In this document: piece by piece, positions 39,917 through 50,446 of the stretch
Position numbering within the stretch: position 1 is the first letter of the stretch
How the letters are laid out: the number at the start of each line of letters is the position of its first letter
NCBI GenBank assembly: GCA_965203805.1
Contig: OZ241917.1
Span: forward strand, 3,328,001 to 3,392,000
Origin: Candidatus Latescibacterota bacterium
Lineage (GTDB): Bacteria; Latescibacterota; UBA2968; GCA-2709665
DNA length: 64,000 bases
Direction of reading: 5' to 3'
Made by a program: the position numbers and the translations under genes
The notes under the pieces: generated by a model
What the model was told of the DNA's origin: nothing
Seen by the model: only the letters and a program-made list of their open reading frames with translations
Database searches by the model: none

Positions 39917-40644
39917 AATCGGGAGAAGCGGTATTTGAGGAGGGTTTTGACGTTGATGAAGAAGTCGGTCCAGCGCACCTTCTTGCCGGCGCTGACGTCG
40001 CGTCCCCGGTAGGTGATCGGAACGTCCACGATCCGGCAACCCTTTTTCAGAAGCTTGGCCGTGAGTTCGTGTTCCAGGTCGAACCCGTCCCGAACCAGCG
40101 GAATGGCGCGCACGATATCGGTCCGGTAGAGCTTGTACCCGGTGCACAGATCGGTAATACGGGAGTTGAAGAGGAGATTCGTAAACCAGGTGAGCAGCTT
40201 GTTCGCAATGAAGTTCGGTAGCATCATGCCCTCGATCCGGCCCTGGAAGCGCGAACCGAAGACCACGGAGATCGACGGGTCCCGCAGAAAGGGGGCGATC
40301 AGAGCGGGGTAGTCTTCAGGCGCGTATTCCAGGTCGGCGTCCTGGATGAGGGCCCATTCGCCGGTTGCGTGTTCCAGGGCCGTGCGCACGGCCGCGCCCT
40401 TGCCCCTGTTTTCGGGATGCCGCACCACCCTGACATCATCGTCGTCGTCCAGGTCGCTCAGAATGGATCCGGTCCCGTCGGTGGAGCCGTCATCCACAAC
40501 GATGATTTCCTTCCGGACGCCTTCCTGCACCGCGACGGCCCGGACGCGGTCGATCACGGCGGCAAGGGTGTTCGCCTCGTTGTAAACGGGAATCATGATG
40601 GAAAGCAGGTACTCCCGCGAGGACGGTTTCGAAGTTGGGCTCAC
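39913..40644 (-). CDS. GT2 glycosyltransferase (polyprenol-phosphate type)
   Basis: SIMIPVYNE, VVDDGSTDGT, NRGKGAAVR, IQDADLEY, VFGSRF, TDLCTGYK. Confidence 0.92.
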   Translation of the reverse strand: MSPTSKPSSREYLLSIMIPVYNEANTLAAVIDRVRAVAVQEGVRKEIIVVDDGSTDGTGSILSDLDDDDDVRVVRHPENRGKGAAVRTALEHATGEWALIQDADLEYAPEDYPALIAPFLRDPSISVVFGSRFQGRIEGMMLPNFIANKLLTWFTNLLFNSRITDLCTGYKLYRTDIVRAIPLVRDGFDLEHELTAKLLKKGCRIVDVPITYRGRDVSAGKKVRWTDFFINVKTLLKYRFSRL

Positions 40645-41720
40645 GCGGCACATCCCGGCGCAACCTCCGTAACCTCGAGACCCGCGGGTTCGACGGATGC
40701 GGAAAGGAGCCGTGCGGTGGTGACGGGGGCCAGAATTTTCCGCCAGGCGACCGCGAGCTCCGAGACGGCTTCGGGATGCGGCGCCAGCGCCCAGACGCAG
40801 CCGCCGTTGCCGCTGCCCGCCGTGGCGAAACCCGCCCCGACCCCGGCGCATGCGGCCTGCAGCTTCTCTCCGAGCACGGTCATCCGGGCGGGCACGATCG
40901 CGCAGCGAATCCCGGTTTCCTCGTCCAGCAGCCTGCCGGCGGTCTCCCAGTCCGCGCGTTTCAGGGCCACGGCGAATTCGGTGGAGATCTCGTTGATCCG
41001 GAACCAGCGGTTTCGGTGCCGTCCGGCGAGGAAGTCGTCCACCTGCCGGCTGTTGACGTCGTTGGAATCGTGCGGCTTGCCGATATAGGCGACCAGCAGC
41101 CGGTCGCCCAGGGCGCCGAACCGGTCCCGCGAGAGAACCGCCTCCCTGCGGAACTTACCGGCGGTGTCGCCGTAGGTCCAGCGCCACGTGTTGACCCCGC
41201 CGTACGCGGCGGCGCACTGGTCCTGCAGGCCGGTATACGAGAATCGGAGACCGTCTTCGATATTGTAGACGATCTCGATGATTTCCTCCGGCGAGAGCCC
41301 GGGGGCCCCATCCAGCATCCTCGCGCGGGAAAGCGCACCTGCCAGGGCGACCGAGAGCGTGCCGGAGCCGCCCACGCCGCTGCGGGGCGGGCAGCCGTAG
41401 GAGAGCTCGATTTCAACGCCGCCCAGCGCGAAATGAGCGGCAATCGCGAACAGGAGTCCGAAATGGCCCGTCATGTCGGGCGCGTCCGCGGGAAACGTCT
41501 CGTGATGAAATTCGTCCACAATGCGCACGTATCCCGGGCGGTAGGCTTTGAGACGGATGCGGGTGCGCGCGGAGATGGCGATGTTGGTGGTGGCGGGATT
41601 CAGGCGGGCGTAGGGCAGCGCGAAACACTTGAGGTCCCACGTGCCGCCAACGTCCAGCCGGCACGGCGCCGAAGACAGGATTTCGACGGCCTGCAGACGG
41701 GCGCTGAGGTCTGTGGTCAT
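40641..41720 (-). CDS. GHMP-family sugar kinase (HddA/galactokinase-like)
   Basis: SAPCRLDVGGTWD, PPRSGVGGSG, TGLQDQCAAAYGG, GSGNGGC. Confidence 0.85.
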   Translation of the reverse strand: MTTDLSARLQAVEILSSAPCRLDVGGTWDLKCFALPYARLNPATTNIAISARTRIRLKAYRPGYVRIVDEFHHETFPADAPDMTGHFGLLFAIAAHFALGGVEIELSYGCPPRSGVGGSGTLSVALAGALSRARMLDGAPGLSPEEIIEIVYNIEDGLRFSYTGLQDQCAAAYGGVNTWRWTYGDTAGKFRREAVLSRDRFGALGDRLLVAYIGKPHDSNDVNSRQVDDFLAGRHRNRWFRINEISTEFAVALKRADWETAGRLLDEETGIRCAIVPARMTVLGEKLQAACAGVGAGFATAGSGNGGCVWALAPHPEAVSELAVAWRKILAPVTTARLLSASVEPAGLEVTEVAPGCAA

Positions 41721-41743
41721 GTGCTTCCTCGAAGGGTGCGCGC

Positions 41744-42670
41744 TCACGCGCGTGGATGAAACGAGCGGTGGACCTCTTTCAGGTATTCCCGATCGACGTG
41801 GGTGTAGATCTGCGTTGTGGAAATGTCCACGTGTCCCAGCATCTCCTGCACGGCGCGGAGGTCGGCGCCGCCCTCCAGCAGATGCGTCGCGAAGGAATGA
41901 CGCATGGTGTGCGGGCTGACCGTCTTCCGGATGCCGGCATCCTGCACGTAGCGCCGCAGGATCTTCCACACGCCCATGCGCGACATGGCCCCGCCCCGGA
42001 AGTTCAGGAAAACCGTGTCTCCCGACGCCAGCCGGCTCAGATCGACTCGCGCGCCCGCCAGATAACGATTGACCCATTCCACGCCTTCCGTCCCGATGGG
42101 CACGATCCGCTCCCGGCTGCCCTTGCCGATCACGCGCACCACCTCCAGGTCGAAGAGGAGGTGCGACCGCTCCAGCCCGGTCAGTTCCGACACCCGGAGA
42201 CCCGCTCCGTACAACATTTCCAGCAATGCGCGGTCGCGCAGCCCCAGAGACGTCTCCACGTCCGGCCCCAACAACAGGCGTTCCACTTCGTAGATATTCA
42301 GCACGTCGGGCAGTTTACGGCCCAGTTTGGGCGACTTCATATGCTCGGTGGGGTCGTTTTCGATCACGCCTTCGGTCTGCAGGAACCGATGAAACATCCG
42401 GACGGCCGTCAGGTTCCGCGCCACGCTGGACGCTTCCAGGCCGAGGTCTCCCAACAGCTGCAATAGCGCGGACACGTCCGCCCGCGACACGTCGACGGGG
42501 GTCCTTACCCCGCGCGCGTCCAGCACGGCGGCGTACCGGTCCAGGTCCCGTGAATAGGCCGATACGGTATTTTCGGCCAGCCCCTGCTCCAGGTGCACGT
42601 AGTCCATGAACCCGCGCAGCGCGTCCCGCCATTCCGCCGACACGCCCCGCTCGCCCGCGTCCGTATCCAT
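41744..42670 (-). CDS. xerD: Tyrosine recombinase XerD
   Basis: GLAENTVSAYSRDL, LRDRALLEMLYGAGLRVSEL, GKGSRERIVP, SPHTMRHSFATHLLEGGADLRAVQEMLGH.DISTTQIYTH. Confidence 0.93.
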   Translation of the reverse strand: MDTDAGERGVSAEWRDALRGFMDYVHLEQGLAENTVSAYSRDLDRYAAVLDARGVRTPVDVSRADVSALLQLLGDLGLEASSVARNLTAVRMFHRFLQTEGVIENDPTEHMKSPKLGRKLPDVLNIYEVERLLLGPDVETSLGLRDRALLEMLYGAGLRVSELTGLERSHLLFDLEVVRVIGKGSRERIVPIGTEGVEWVNRYLAGARVDLSRLASGDTVFLNFRGGAMSRMGVWKILRRYVQDAGIRKTVSPHTMRHSFATHLLEGGADLRAVQEMLGHVDISTTQIYTHVDREYLKEVHRSFHPRA

Positions 42671-43212
42671 CACGACCGCCATTCCCGCGAACTCCCGCGT
42701 CCACCGTTCTCTTCCAGCGCCAGCAGGGCGGCTTTCCATTCCCCGCCGTACGCGAAACCCGTGAGCGCCCCGGACGCGCCCACGACCCGATGACACGGCA
42801 CAACGATCACGCAGGGGTTCTTTCCGAGCGCGGCGCCCACAGCGCGGGCGGCCTTCGGGCGTCCGATGGCATTCGCGACGTCGCCGTAGGACCGCCGTAC
42901 CCCATACGGAATCTCCCGGGTCGCCTGCCAGACCATGCCCTGGAACGCCGTATGGCCGGAGAGGTCGGGCCGGTCGTGAAACCGCACGGGTTCGCCGGAA
43001 AAATATCCGGCCAGCGCGTTGATGAGGCGCTGCCCATGCTCGCCGGGGGGCGCGCCTTCCACCAGCCTGGGACGGGCGATATCGACCCGCTCGCAACGCC
43101 CCAGCCGGATCGACGCCAGCCTGCCGTCGTCCCAGGTTATCTCGACCCGCCCCAGTCCGGTCATCAGGACGGCGGACTGCAAGGTCGACGCGGTGTGATT
43201 TGCGTTTTTCAT
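42670..43212 (-). CDS. ogt: Methylated-DNA-protein-cysteine methyltransferase
   Basis: TAFQGMVW, IPYG..SYG, AARAVG, VPCHRVV. Confidence 0.93.
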   Translation of the reverse strand: MKNANHTASTLQSAVLMTGLGRVEITWDDGRLASIRLGRCERVDIARPRLVEGAPPGEHGQRLINALAGYFSGEPVRFHDRPDLSGHTAFQGMVWQATREIPYGVRRSYGDVANAIGRPKAARAVGAALGKNPCVIVVPCHRVVGASGALTGFAYGGEWKAALLALEENGGRGSSREWRS

Positions 43213-45089
43213 CGCCCCTTCTCCGTTTCCAACTGTCCCGCGATCTGTTCCGCGAGCCTGGGACCGATGCCCTCTACCGCCGCGAGCTCCGATGCGCCCG
43301 CCTCCCGGATCTTCTTCATCGACCCGAAGTGCGTCAACAGCGCCTTTCGCCTTGCCGGACCCACGCCGTCGAGCTCATCCAGCCGGGAAGCCAGGGTTCG
43401 TTTCCGCCTCAGCTTCCGGTGATAGGTGACCGCGAACCGGTGCGACTCATCCCGGACGGCCTGCAGCAGCTTGAGCGCCGCCGAGACCTTCGGGATATTC
43501 TGCGGCTCCGGGTGGCCGGGCAGGAAGACGTCCTCCAGCCGCTTCGCCAGGCCGATCACGGGCTGTTCCCGAATCCCCAGCTCCTGCAACGCCGCCACCG
43601 CACTGGAAAGCTGCCCCTTCCCGCCGTCGATCAGCAGCAGATCCGGAAACGCCCGCCCCTCCTCCATCAGGCGTTTGAAGCGCCGCGTCACCACCTGCCG
43701 CATCATCGCGAAATCGTCGGGTCCTTCGATGCCCGTGATCCTGAAGTGCCTGTACTCGGACTTCCGGGGCCGGCCATCCACGAAACACACCAGCGACGCC
43801 ACGGGATCCGAACCCTGGAAATTCGAGATGTCCATGGCCTCGATCCGCTTCGGAGGACGTTCGAGGCGCAGGTCGCGCTGGAGCGCGGCGACGGCGGCAG
43901 GCGCCTGGGACCGCCTGTTTTCCCGCCTCAACCGGCGTTCGCTGAGCAACAGCGCGGCGTTGTTCTCGGCCATCTTCACCAGCCGCGCCTTGTCGCCCCG
44001 CTGCGGCACGCGGATTTCCACAAGACCGCCGGCCCGCCCCCGCAACCAATCGAGTACGGTCTCGCGGGATTCGATGTCGCACGGCAGGCAGATCTCCTCC
44101 GGCACGAACGAGGCGGTCAGATAGAGCAACTGCACGAAGGAGCCGACCACGTCGGCCATGGGCGCATCGAGGACGCCGCCGAGGAAATAATGCTGCCGCC
44201 CGATCAGCCTTCCTTCCCGGACCTCCATCACCACGCAGCAGGCTTCGTCGTCTTCCCTGGCAACCGCGATCGTATCCCAGTCCTTCTGTTCCGGGGACAC
44301 CACCTTCTGGCGGTTGGTCGTCTGCTCGAGGTCCTTCAGGCGGTCCCGGTACACCGCGGCCTCTTCGAAATGCTGCCCGGCCGCCGCCTGCCGCATGCGT
44401 TCCTTCAGCGCGGCGACGACCTGGGTGTGGCGTCCCGTTAAAAAAAGCACCGCCTCCCGCACGATCTCGCGGTACTCCGACGCCGAAATCAGCCCCTCGC
44501 AGGGGCCGTCGCATCGTTTGATCTCGTAGTCCAGGCACAGACGGACGTTGTCCGCCGGAAGCGCGTAGTCGCAGCTGCGGACCCGGAACAGCCGGTGCAT
44601 CGTTTCCAGGGTCCGGCGCAGGGCCTTCACGTCCGTATAGGGGCCCAGGTAACGCGAGCCGTCCTTGACCACGTCGCGCGTGAACACGATCCGGGGAAAC
44701 GGCTCATCGGTGATCCTGATAAAGGGGTACTTCTTGTCGTCCTTCAGATTGATATTGTACCGGGGCTTGTGCTCCTTGACTAGGTTGGCTTCCAGGATCA
44801 GGGCCTCCACCTCGGTATCCGCCACGATATATTCCAGGTCTCTCGTGTTGCGTACGAGCGCCCGGAACTGGCGCCGGCCGTCGTCGGCGTTGGACCGGAT
44901 GTACGACTGCGCGCGGCTTCGAAGGCACTTGGCCTTTCCGATGTAGATGATCCGCCCCTGTTCGTCCTTCAACATATAGACGCCGGGTTCCCGCGGCATA
45001 TGCGCCACAATCTCGTTCAGGCGCCGGCGCACGGCCTTTCGGGTCATCTTCACCGGCGCGCCGCCGCGATTATCGGATACCGAATTCAT
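43209..45089 (-). CDS. uvrC: Excinuclease ABC subunit C
   Basis: PREPGVY..IYIGKAK, EALILEANLVK..PRYNINLKDDKKYP, IEAMDISN, DLLLIDGGKGQL, RDESHRFA, HhH tail. Start uncertain (45047-45092). Confidence 0.96.
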   Translation of the reverse strand: MNSVSDNRGGAPVKMTRKAVRRRLNEIVAHMPREPGVYMLKDEQGRIIYIGKAKCLRSRAQSYIRSNADDGRRQFRALVRNTRDLEYIVADTEVEALILEANLVKEHKPRYNINLKDDKKYPFIRITDEPFPRIVFTRDVVKDGSRYLGPYTDVKALRRTLETMHRLFRVRSCDYALPADNVRLCLDYEIKRCDGPCEGLISASEYREIVREAVLFLTGRHTQVVAALKERMRQAAAGQHFEEAAVYRDRLKDLEQTTNRQKVVSPEQKDWDTIAVAREDDEACCVVMEVREGRLIGRQHYFLGGVLDAPMADVVGSFVQLLYLTASFVPEEICLPCDIESRETVLDWLRGRAGGLVEIRVPQRGDKARLVKMAENNAALLLSERRLRRENRRSQAPAAVAALQRDLRLERPPKRIEAMDISNFQGSDPVASLVCFVDGRPRKSEYRHFRITGIEGPDDFAMMRQVVTRRFKRLMEEGRAFPDLLLIDGGKGQLSSAVAALQELGIREQPVIGLAKRLEDVFLPGHPEPQNIPKVSAALKLLQAVRDESHRFAVTYHRKLRRKRTLASRLDELDGVGPARRKALLTHFGSMKKIREAGASELAAVEGIGPRLAEQIAGQLETEKGR

Positions 45090-45099
45090 CATCCATACC

Positions 45100-45300
45100 C
45101 TGGAAACGACGAAACACGCGAAAAAGACGAAAAATCCCTGGCTGAAAGCAATGGCCGCAAGAGGCACGAAAACACAGAATGAGAAACCGGATTCCACGAA
45201 CCGCTGAATGCCTGTGTCTGGCGCCGGACTTCCACAATACCCCGGTTATGTTCTCTTCCTTCTGTGTCTTTTGTGCCTTTTGCGCTTTTTGTGGCCGATT
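45100..45300. repeat. Degenerate 8-9-mer tracts in inverted arrangement
   Basis: GGCCGCAAGAGGCACGAAAACACAGAA ... TTCTGTGTCTTTTGTGCCTTTTGCGCTTTTTGTGGCC. Confidence 0.55.
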
Positions 45301-45350
45301 TGACGGTTGTCTTCTTTTGAATTGAGGTTATAACCACCGGTCGGCGTTGG

Positions 45351-45845
45351 TCATAAGTCCAGAATCTCGACCTGCAAGCGCTGCAGATCCAGCAGCCCGA
45401 CCGTGGAACGGCCGGTGACCCAGCCGCCTGCCTCTCCGGGATTCACCACCAGGGTTTCGCCGCGACGGACGTCGATCTCGTGGGTATGGCCGTACACGAT
45501 CACGTCGTAGGCGCCGCTTTCGGCCAGCGCGTCCACTTCATCGGGCTCGTGCATCACCAGCAGCCGCCTGCCCTCGCGGTCGAACGCATAGGGCGCCCGG
45601 TGTATGGGACCCAGCGACTCGAACTGGGCGCGAAGGCCGAACCGCTCGCCGTCGTTATTGCCGAACACGCCCACCATGGGCGCGTTCAGGCCCGCCATCC
45701 ACCTGGCGTTGAAGGGCGCGATGAAGTCCCCGGCGTGCAGCACGAGCCCCACCTCTTTCTCATTGAACAAGGTCACCGATTTCTCCACCGAGGTCCGGTT
45801 GTCGTGCGTGTCCGCGATCAGTCCCACCAGATGCGCGTGTGCCAT
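45351..45845 (-). CDS. Metallophosphoesterase (YfcE/MJ0936 family)
   Basis: ADTHDN, LHAGD, FGNND, YGHTH, NPGE. Confidence 0.92.
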   Translation of the reverse strand: MAHAHLVGLIADTHDNRTSVEKSVTLFNEKEVGLVLHAGDFIAPFNARWMAGLNAPMVGVFGNNDGERFGLRAQFESLGPIHRAPYAFDREGRRLLVMHEPDEVDALAESGAYDVIVYGHTHEIDVRRGETLVVNPGEAGGWVTGRSTVGLLDLQRLQVEILDL

Positions 45846-45931
45846 GGAAACCGTCCGTTGGTTTGCGGGTTGCGAAGACTGTTTTTTGACTCGAAACGGG
45901 CGCGGCGCCGGTGGCCGCGGGAGTCAGGACA

Positions 45932-45960
45932 AACTTACGTCCGTCCCGCGGTTTTGTCAA
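45932..45960 (-). promoter_or_regulatory. Putative sigma-70 promoter for the phosphoesterase-uvrC run
   Basis: Minus strand TTGACA-17 nt-TAAGTT. Confidence 0.55.
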
Positions 45961-45999
45961 CCGATGGGCGCGTGTTATGGGTACACCTGGCGGATACAG

Positions 46000-46745
46000 A
46001 AACACTTCGCCGGTGGCTATTGCAAAACATGTCATTCTGAGCGCAACGAAGAATCTCCCGTCTTCTCTATTGTCCTGTACACAGAAACGCGGTAAACACA
46101 TTGGCGCGGACACATCGCCGGCATCACGCGATGCGGGCAGCACAGCCGTGCAGGCGCAAACGTGCCGCCTCTCAGGTATCGACACGTAAAAGCCGCGAGG
46201 TGATGGTCCCATGCCGCAGTAGATCCTTCGTCGGCCTGCCTGCCGATGAACCGCTGGCAGGCACAGCGGCCTCCTCTGGATGACAGGTTGGGCGAGCGGC
46301 AGACAGGAATGTCTGCCCCACCCTCACACCGACTTCCTCAGCATGGCAGGACTGGCGTAGACTTGACCGGAACACTTCGCTGAACGCTATCGCAAAGCAT
46401 GTCATTCTGAGCGCAGCGAAGAATCTCCCGTCTTCTCTATTGTCCTGTACACAGAAACGCGGCAAACACATTGGCGCGGACACATCGCCGGCATCACGCG
46501 ATGCGGGCAGCACAGCCGTGCAGGCGCAAACGTGCCGCCTCTCAGGTATCGACACGTAAAAGCCGCGAGGTGATGGTCCCATGCCGCAGTAGATCCTTCG
46601 TCGGCCTGCCTGCCGATGAACCGCTGGCAGGCACAGCGGCCTCCTCTGGATGACAGGTTGGGCGAAGGCAGACAGGAATGTCTGCCTGCCTGCGCCTGCC
46701 AGTCACGCTTTGGCAGGCAGGCCCCACCCTCACACCGGCTTCTGC
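46000..46745 (+). repeat. Second palindromic repeat family, 2 tandem units of 370 bp
   Basis: GTCATTCTGAGCGCA.CGAAGAATCT at 46031 and 46401, closing with AGATCCTTCG...GGATGACA, then a GGCAGACAGGAATGTCTGCC hairpin. Confidence 0.92.
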
Positions 46746-46919
46746 AGAGTTCAGCCGCACGTATCAGGGGCGCGTCTCGATGCCCGCTCCCGATCAATCA
46801 TCACGATGTTTATGTTGACAAGCACGATGGATTATGTGAATTTTGAGACCGTCCATAACGTGGGCGGGAGTCGGGGCGGCGCGGAAGTCGTCCCGACCGC
46901 CGTTAATGAGGAAAATTCA

Positions 46920-47843
46920 ATGCCGGTTTTGAAGATCGCGCTGCCGTCCGGCAGCCTCCAGGATGCCACCCTCAATCTGTTCGCGAACGCCGGCTATCGC
47001 ATTCTCGCCAACCACAGGTCCTACACGCCGTCGATCGACGATCCGGACCTGGAGGGCCTGTTCCTGCGCGCGCAGGAAATCGCCTATTACGTGGAGCGCG
47101 GCGTACTCGACGTCGGCCTGACCGGCAAAGACTGGATCCTGGAAAACGACGCCGACGTTGTCGAGGTTGCGGAACTCCCGTACAGCAAATCCACCGCACG
47201 GCCGGCGCGCTGGGTGATCGCCGTACCGGAGGAGTCGCCGGTTCGCACCGTGAACGACCTCCAGGGCAGACGTATCGCGACCGAACTGGTGAACGCGACC
47301 CGGAAATTTCTCGCAGACCGGGGCGTGCAGGCCGAGGTGGAATTCTCCTGGGGGTCCACGGAAGCCAAGGTCCGTACGGCGGGCGGTCCGAGTGGAAACG
47401 CGGAGGACGACAGGGCCTACGAGCCGGGGCTGGTGGACGCCATCGTTGAACTCACGGAAACCGGTTCCTCGATCCGGGCCAACAAACTTCGGATTGTGGA
47501 GGACCTGCTGGAAACCACCCCCCGCTTCATTGCCAACAAGGACGCGTGGGACGATCCCTGGAAACGCGAGAAGGCGGAGAATATCGCCACGCTGCTTGTG
47601 GGCGCCTTTCAGGCCGAAGACAAGGTGGGCCTCAAGATGAACGTCCGCCGGAAAGACCTGGACGCGGTCGTCGGGCTGCTTCCGGCGCTGAACAACCCCA
47701 CCATTTCGAATCTGCTGGACGGCGACTGGGTGGCCGTGGAGGTGGTCGTTGACGAACGCGTCGTGCGCGACACCGTGCCCATGCTGAAGAACAAAGGCGC
47801 TGAAGGCATTATCGAATACCCATTGAACAAAGTGATCTACTGA
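46920..47843 (+). CDS. hisG: ATP phosphoribosyltransferase (long form)
   Basis: [49 protein letters not shown]. Confidence 0.96.
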   Translation: MPVLKIALPSGSLQDATLNLFANAGYRILANHRSYTPSIDDPDLEGLFLRAQEIAYYVERGVLDVGLTGKDWILENDADVVEVAELPYSKSTARPARWVIAVPEESPVRTVNDLQGRRIATELVNATRKFLADRGVQAEVEFSWGSTEAKVRTAGGPSGNAEDDRAYEPGLVDAIVELTETGSSIRANKLRIVEDLLETTPRFIANKDAWDDPWKREKAENIATLLVGAFQAEDKVGLKMNVRRKDLDAVVGLLPALNNPTISNLLDGDWVAVEVVVDERVVRDTVPMLKNKGAEGIIEYPLNKVIY

Positions 47844-49138
47844 TGATCGACGTTGTCGTCCACGACGTGGAGAATCCGCCCGCGAGACTCCAGGCCATCC
47901 TTTCCCGGACCACCGATTTCGATCCTGAATTGCTGGCCTCGGCGCAGGAGGTCGTCCTGGACGTGAGAGAACGCGGGGACGACGCGGTCCTGGAATACAC
48001 CCGTCAATTCGACGGCGCGGAACTCGACGCGGGCCGGATGCGGGTGCCCCAGCCGGAAATCGAAGCCGCTTACCGCGGCACGGACCCGGACCTCATCAGG
48101 ACCATCACCGCGGCGGCGGACAACATCCGGCGGTTTCACAGCGAGCAGAAACAGACGTCGTGGTTCATCGAAGACGGCGACGGCGTGGTGCTCGGCAGAC
48201 GCGTGCTCCCCATCGAGCAGGTCGGCATTCTCATCCCCGGCGCCAGCGCCCCGCTCTTCTCCACGCTCCTGATGGCCGCCATTCCCGCCGGTATCGCGGG
48301 CGTGACGCGAATCTGCATGGCCACGCCCCCGCGGCCCGACGGGTCCGTGCATCCCGCCGTACTCGCGGCCGCGCATATCGTGGGCGTCAGTGAAATCTAC
48401 CGGGTTTTCGGCGCCCAGGCCGTTGCCGCCCTGGCCTACGGCACCGCCTCCATCCCCAGGGTGGACAAACTCGTGGGCCCCGGCCACCCCTCCGTCCAGA
48501 TCGCCAAAAAACTGGTCTTCGGGACGGTCGACATCGACATGGTTGCCGGCCCCAGCGAAATTGTCGTTCTGGCCGACGAAAGCGCCAACCCGAGACACGT
48601 CGCCGCCGACCTGTTGGCCCAGGCCGAACACGGAAGCGGGTTCGAGGCCGCCGTATGCATCACGCCGAGCCACGACCTCGCCGGACGGGTCGCGGACGAA
48701 GTCGAACGGCAGGCCGCCCGGCTGGACCGCCGCGACGACGTCCGCAGGGCCCTTCGCAATTTCGGCGCGGTGGTGGTGGTAAAGGATCTGGACGAAGGCA
48801 TCGCGCTGGCCAATCGGATCGCCCCGGAACACCTGGAACTCCTGGTGCGCGACCCCTGGGGATGCCTGGACGACGTCCGCCACGCGGGCGCGGTCTTTAT
48901 GGGCGCCGCCTCGTCCGAACCGGTGGGCGATTACTACGCGGGCGTGAACCACATCCTGCCCACCGCCGGCGCCGCGCGCTTCGCCTCGCCGGTGGGCGTG
49001 GATACCTTTCTGAAGAGCGCGAGCATCGTCTCCTACACGGACAGGCGCCTGAAGAAAACGGCCGGCGACATCATCGCGCTGGCCGAAGCCGAGGGACTGG
49101 GCGCGCACGCCAACGCCATCCGTGTCCGGCGGGAATAG
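47843..49138 (+). CDS. hisD: Histidinol dehydrogenase
   Basis: [49 protein letters not shown]. Confidence 0.97.
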   Translation: MIDVVVHDVENPPARLQAILSRTTDFDPELLASAQEVVLDVRERGDDAVLEYTRQFDGAELDAGRMRVPQPEIEAAYRGTDPDLIRTITAAADNIRRFHSEQKQTSWFIEDGDGVVLGRRVLPIEQVGILIPGASAPLFSTLLMAAIPAGIAGVTRICMATPPRPDGSVHPAVLAAAHIVGVSEIYRVFGAQAVAALAYGTASIPRVDKLVGPGHPSVQIAKKLVFGTVDIDMVAGPSEIVVLADESANPRHVAADLLAQAEHGSGFEAAVCITPSHDLAGRVADEVERQAARLDRRDDVRRALRNFGAVVVVKDLDEGIALANRIAPEHLELLVRDPWGCLDDVRHAGAVFMGAASSEPVGDYYAGVNHILPTAGAARFASPVGVDTFLKSASIVSYTDRRLKKTAGDIIALAEAEGLGAHANAIRVRRE

Positions 49139-49227
49139 ACCCGGAAGCATTCACCACCGCCCGCCCGCGCAACCGCCGCTTTCCGGTGAGGCCGCGGGCG
49201 AGGCGTTCTCGTTTTGAATCCTGCGCC

Positions 49228-50307
49228 ATGATCGATCCGCCCCTGCAACGCATCAAACCGGAAATCCGTTCGGTGGACGGGTACCACCTGACGCACTACG
49301 ACTGTCCGGTAAAGCTGAATCAGAACGAAAGCCCGTTCGACATTCCGGACGATCTGAAAAACGAGATCCTGGAAGCCGTCCGGAAGCGGCCCTGGTTCCG
49401 CTACCCCCAGCCGATGCAGATGGACCTTGTGGAAGCCCTGGCCGGGTACGCCGGCTGGCGCCCTGACGGGATGATCGTGTGCAACGGCTCCAATACCCTG
49501 GTGCAGCTGGTCCTGGCCGTCAGCACCTCTCCCGGCGCGGCCGTGGTGGTCCCCTCCCCCGGTTTCTCGCTGTACGGGCTTTACGCCGGCTTCTTCGGGG
49601 GTCGCGTGGTTCCTGTGGACCTCAGGACGGACCATACGTTCGATCTCCCGGGAGTCCGGGAAGCCGTCAGGCGGGAATCGGCAAACATGGTCGTATTCGG
49701 CTCGCCCAACAACCCCACCGGCTGTGTCGTTTCCAATGCGGACCTGGAAGCCCTGCTCCGGGAAACCGACGCGCTGGTGATGGTGGACGAAGCCTATGCC
49801 GAGTTCAGCGACGAGACCGCGCGCGACCTGATCTCCGAGTACGCCAACCTCATCGTATTGAAGACCTTTTCGAAAGCCCTGGGCGCCGCGGGCATCCGCA
49901 TCGGCTACCTGATGGCGCATCCGGGCATTGCGGGAGAGGTCCTGAAAGCCAAGGTCCCGTTCGACGTCAACGTCTTCTCTCATACGGCGGCGCTGCACAT
50001 TCTGAAACACGACCGCCTGATCCGTGAACGCGTGGGGATCATTCGCAAGGAACGCGAGCGGGTATTCGCGGCGCTGAGGAACATCGACGGCGTACGCCCC
50101 TACGCGTCGCATGCCAACTTCATCCTCTTCGAAGTCGGCAACCCGGTCCGGGTCTTCGAGCGGCTGATCGAAAGCGGCATCCTCATCCGCAACGTGACGT
50201 CCTATCCGCGGCTCGAAAACGCCCTGCGCGTCAGCATCGGCGGCGCCGGGGAAAACACCCTGTTTTTGAACGCGCTCGAACAGACACTCGACGATTCGTG
50301 TGTGTAA
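49228..50307 (+). CDS. hisC: Histidinol-phosphate aminotransferase
   Basis: KLNQNESP, NGSN, SPNNPTG, VDEAYAEF, KTFSKALGAAGIRIGY. Confidence 0.96.
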   Translation: MIDPPLQRIKPEIRSVDGYHLTHYDCPVKLNQNESPFDIPDDLKNEILEAVRKRPWFRYPQPMQMDLVEALAGYAGWRPDGMIVCNGSNTLVQLVLAVSTSPGAAVVVPSPGFSLYGLYAGFFGGRVVPVDLRTDHTFDLPGVREAVRRESANMVVFGSPNNPTGCVVSNADLEALLRETDALVMVDEAYAEFSDETARDLISEYANLIVLKTFSKALGAAGIRIGYLMAHPGIAGEVLKAKVPFDVNVFSHTAALHILKHDRLIRERVGIIRKERERVFAALRNIDGVRPYASHANFILFEVGNPVRVFERLIESGILIRNVTSYPRLENALRVSIGGAGENTLFLNALEQTLDDSCV

Positions 50308-50330
50308 CCGGTTCAATTGTTGTAAACTCG

Positions 50331-50415
50331 TTTTCTCGCGCTTTTTCGTCTTCTCGTCTTCTCGTGCTTTCTCGTCTTCTCGTTTTCTCGCATTTTTTCG
50401 TCTTCTCGTTTTCGA
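50331..50415. repeat. Degenerate (TTCTCGTC)n tract between hisC and hisB
   Basis: About ten imperfect 8-9-mer units. Confidence 0.7.
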
Positions 50416-50446
50416 AGTGTGTCACGATTCAGGAAGGTAGATCCCC

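Noticed and set aside
41744-42670. Phage, island or integron integrase acting on the repeats
   Set aside because: Canonical XerD motifs in a housekeeping context, with no integron-integrase insertion and no attC-type sites seen.
46800-46919. His attenuator or leader peptide
   Set aside because: No His-codon run or terminator in the leader; a TTGACA at 46815 lacks a convincing -10.
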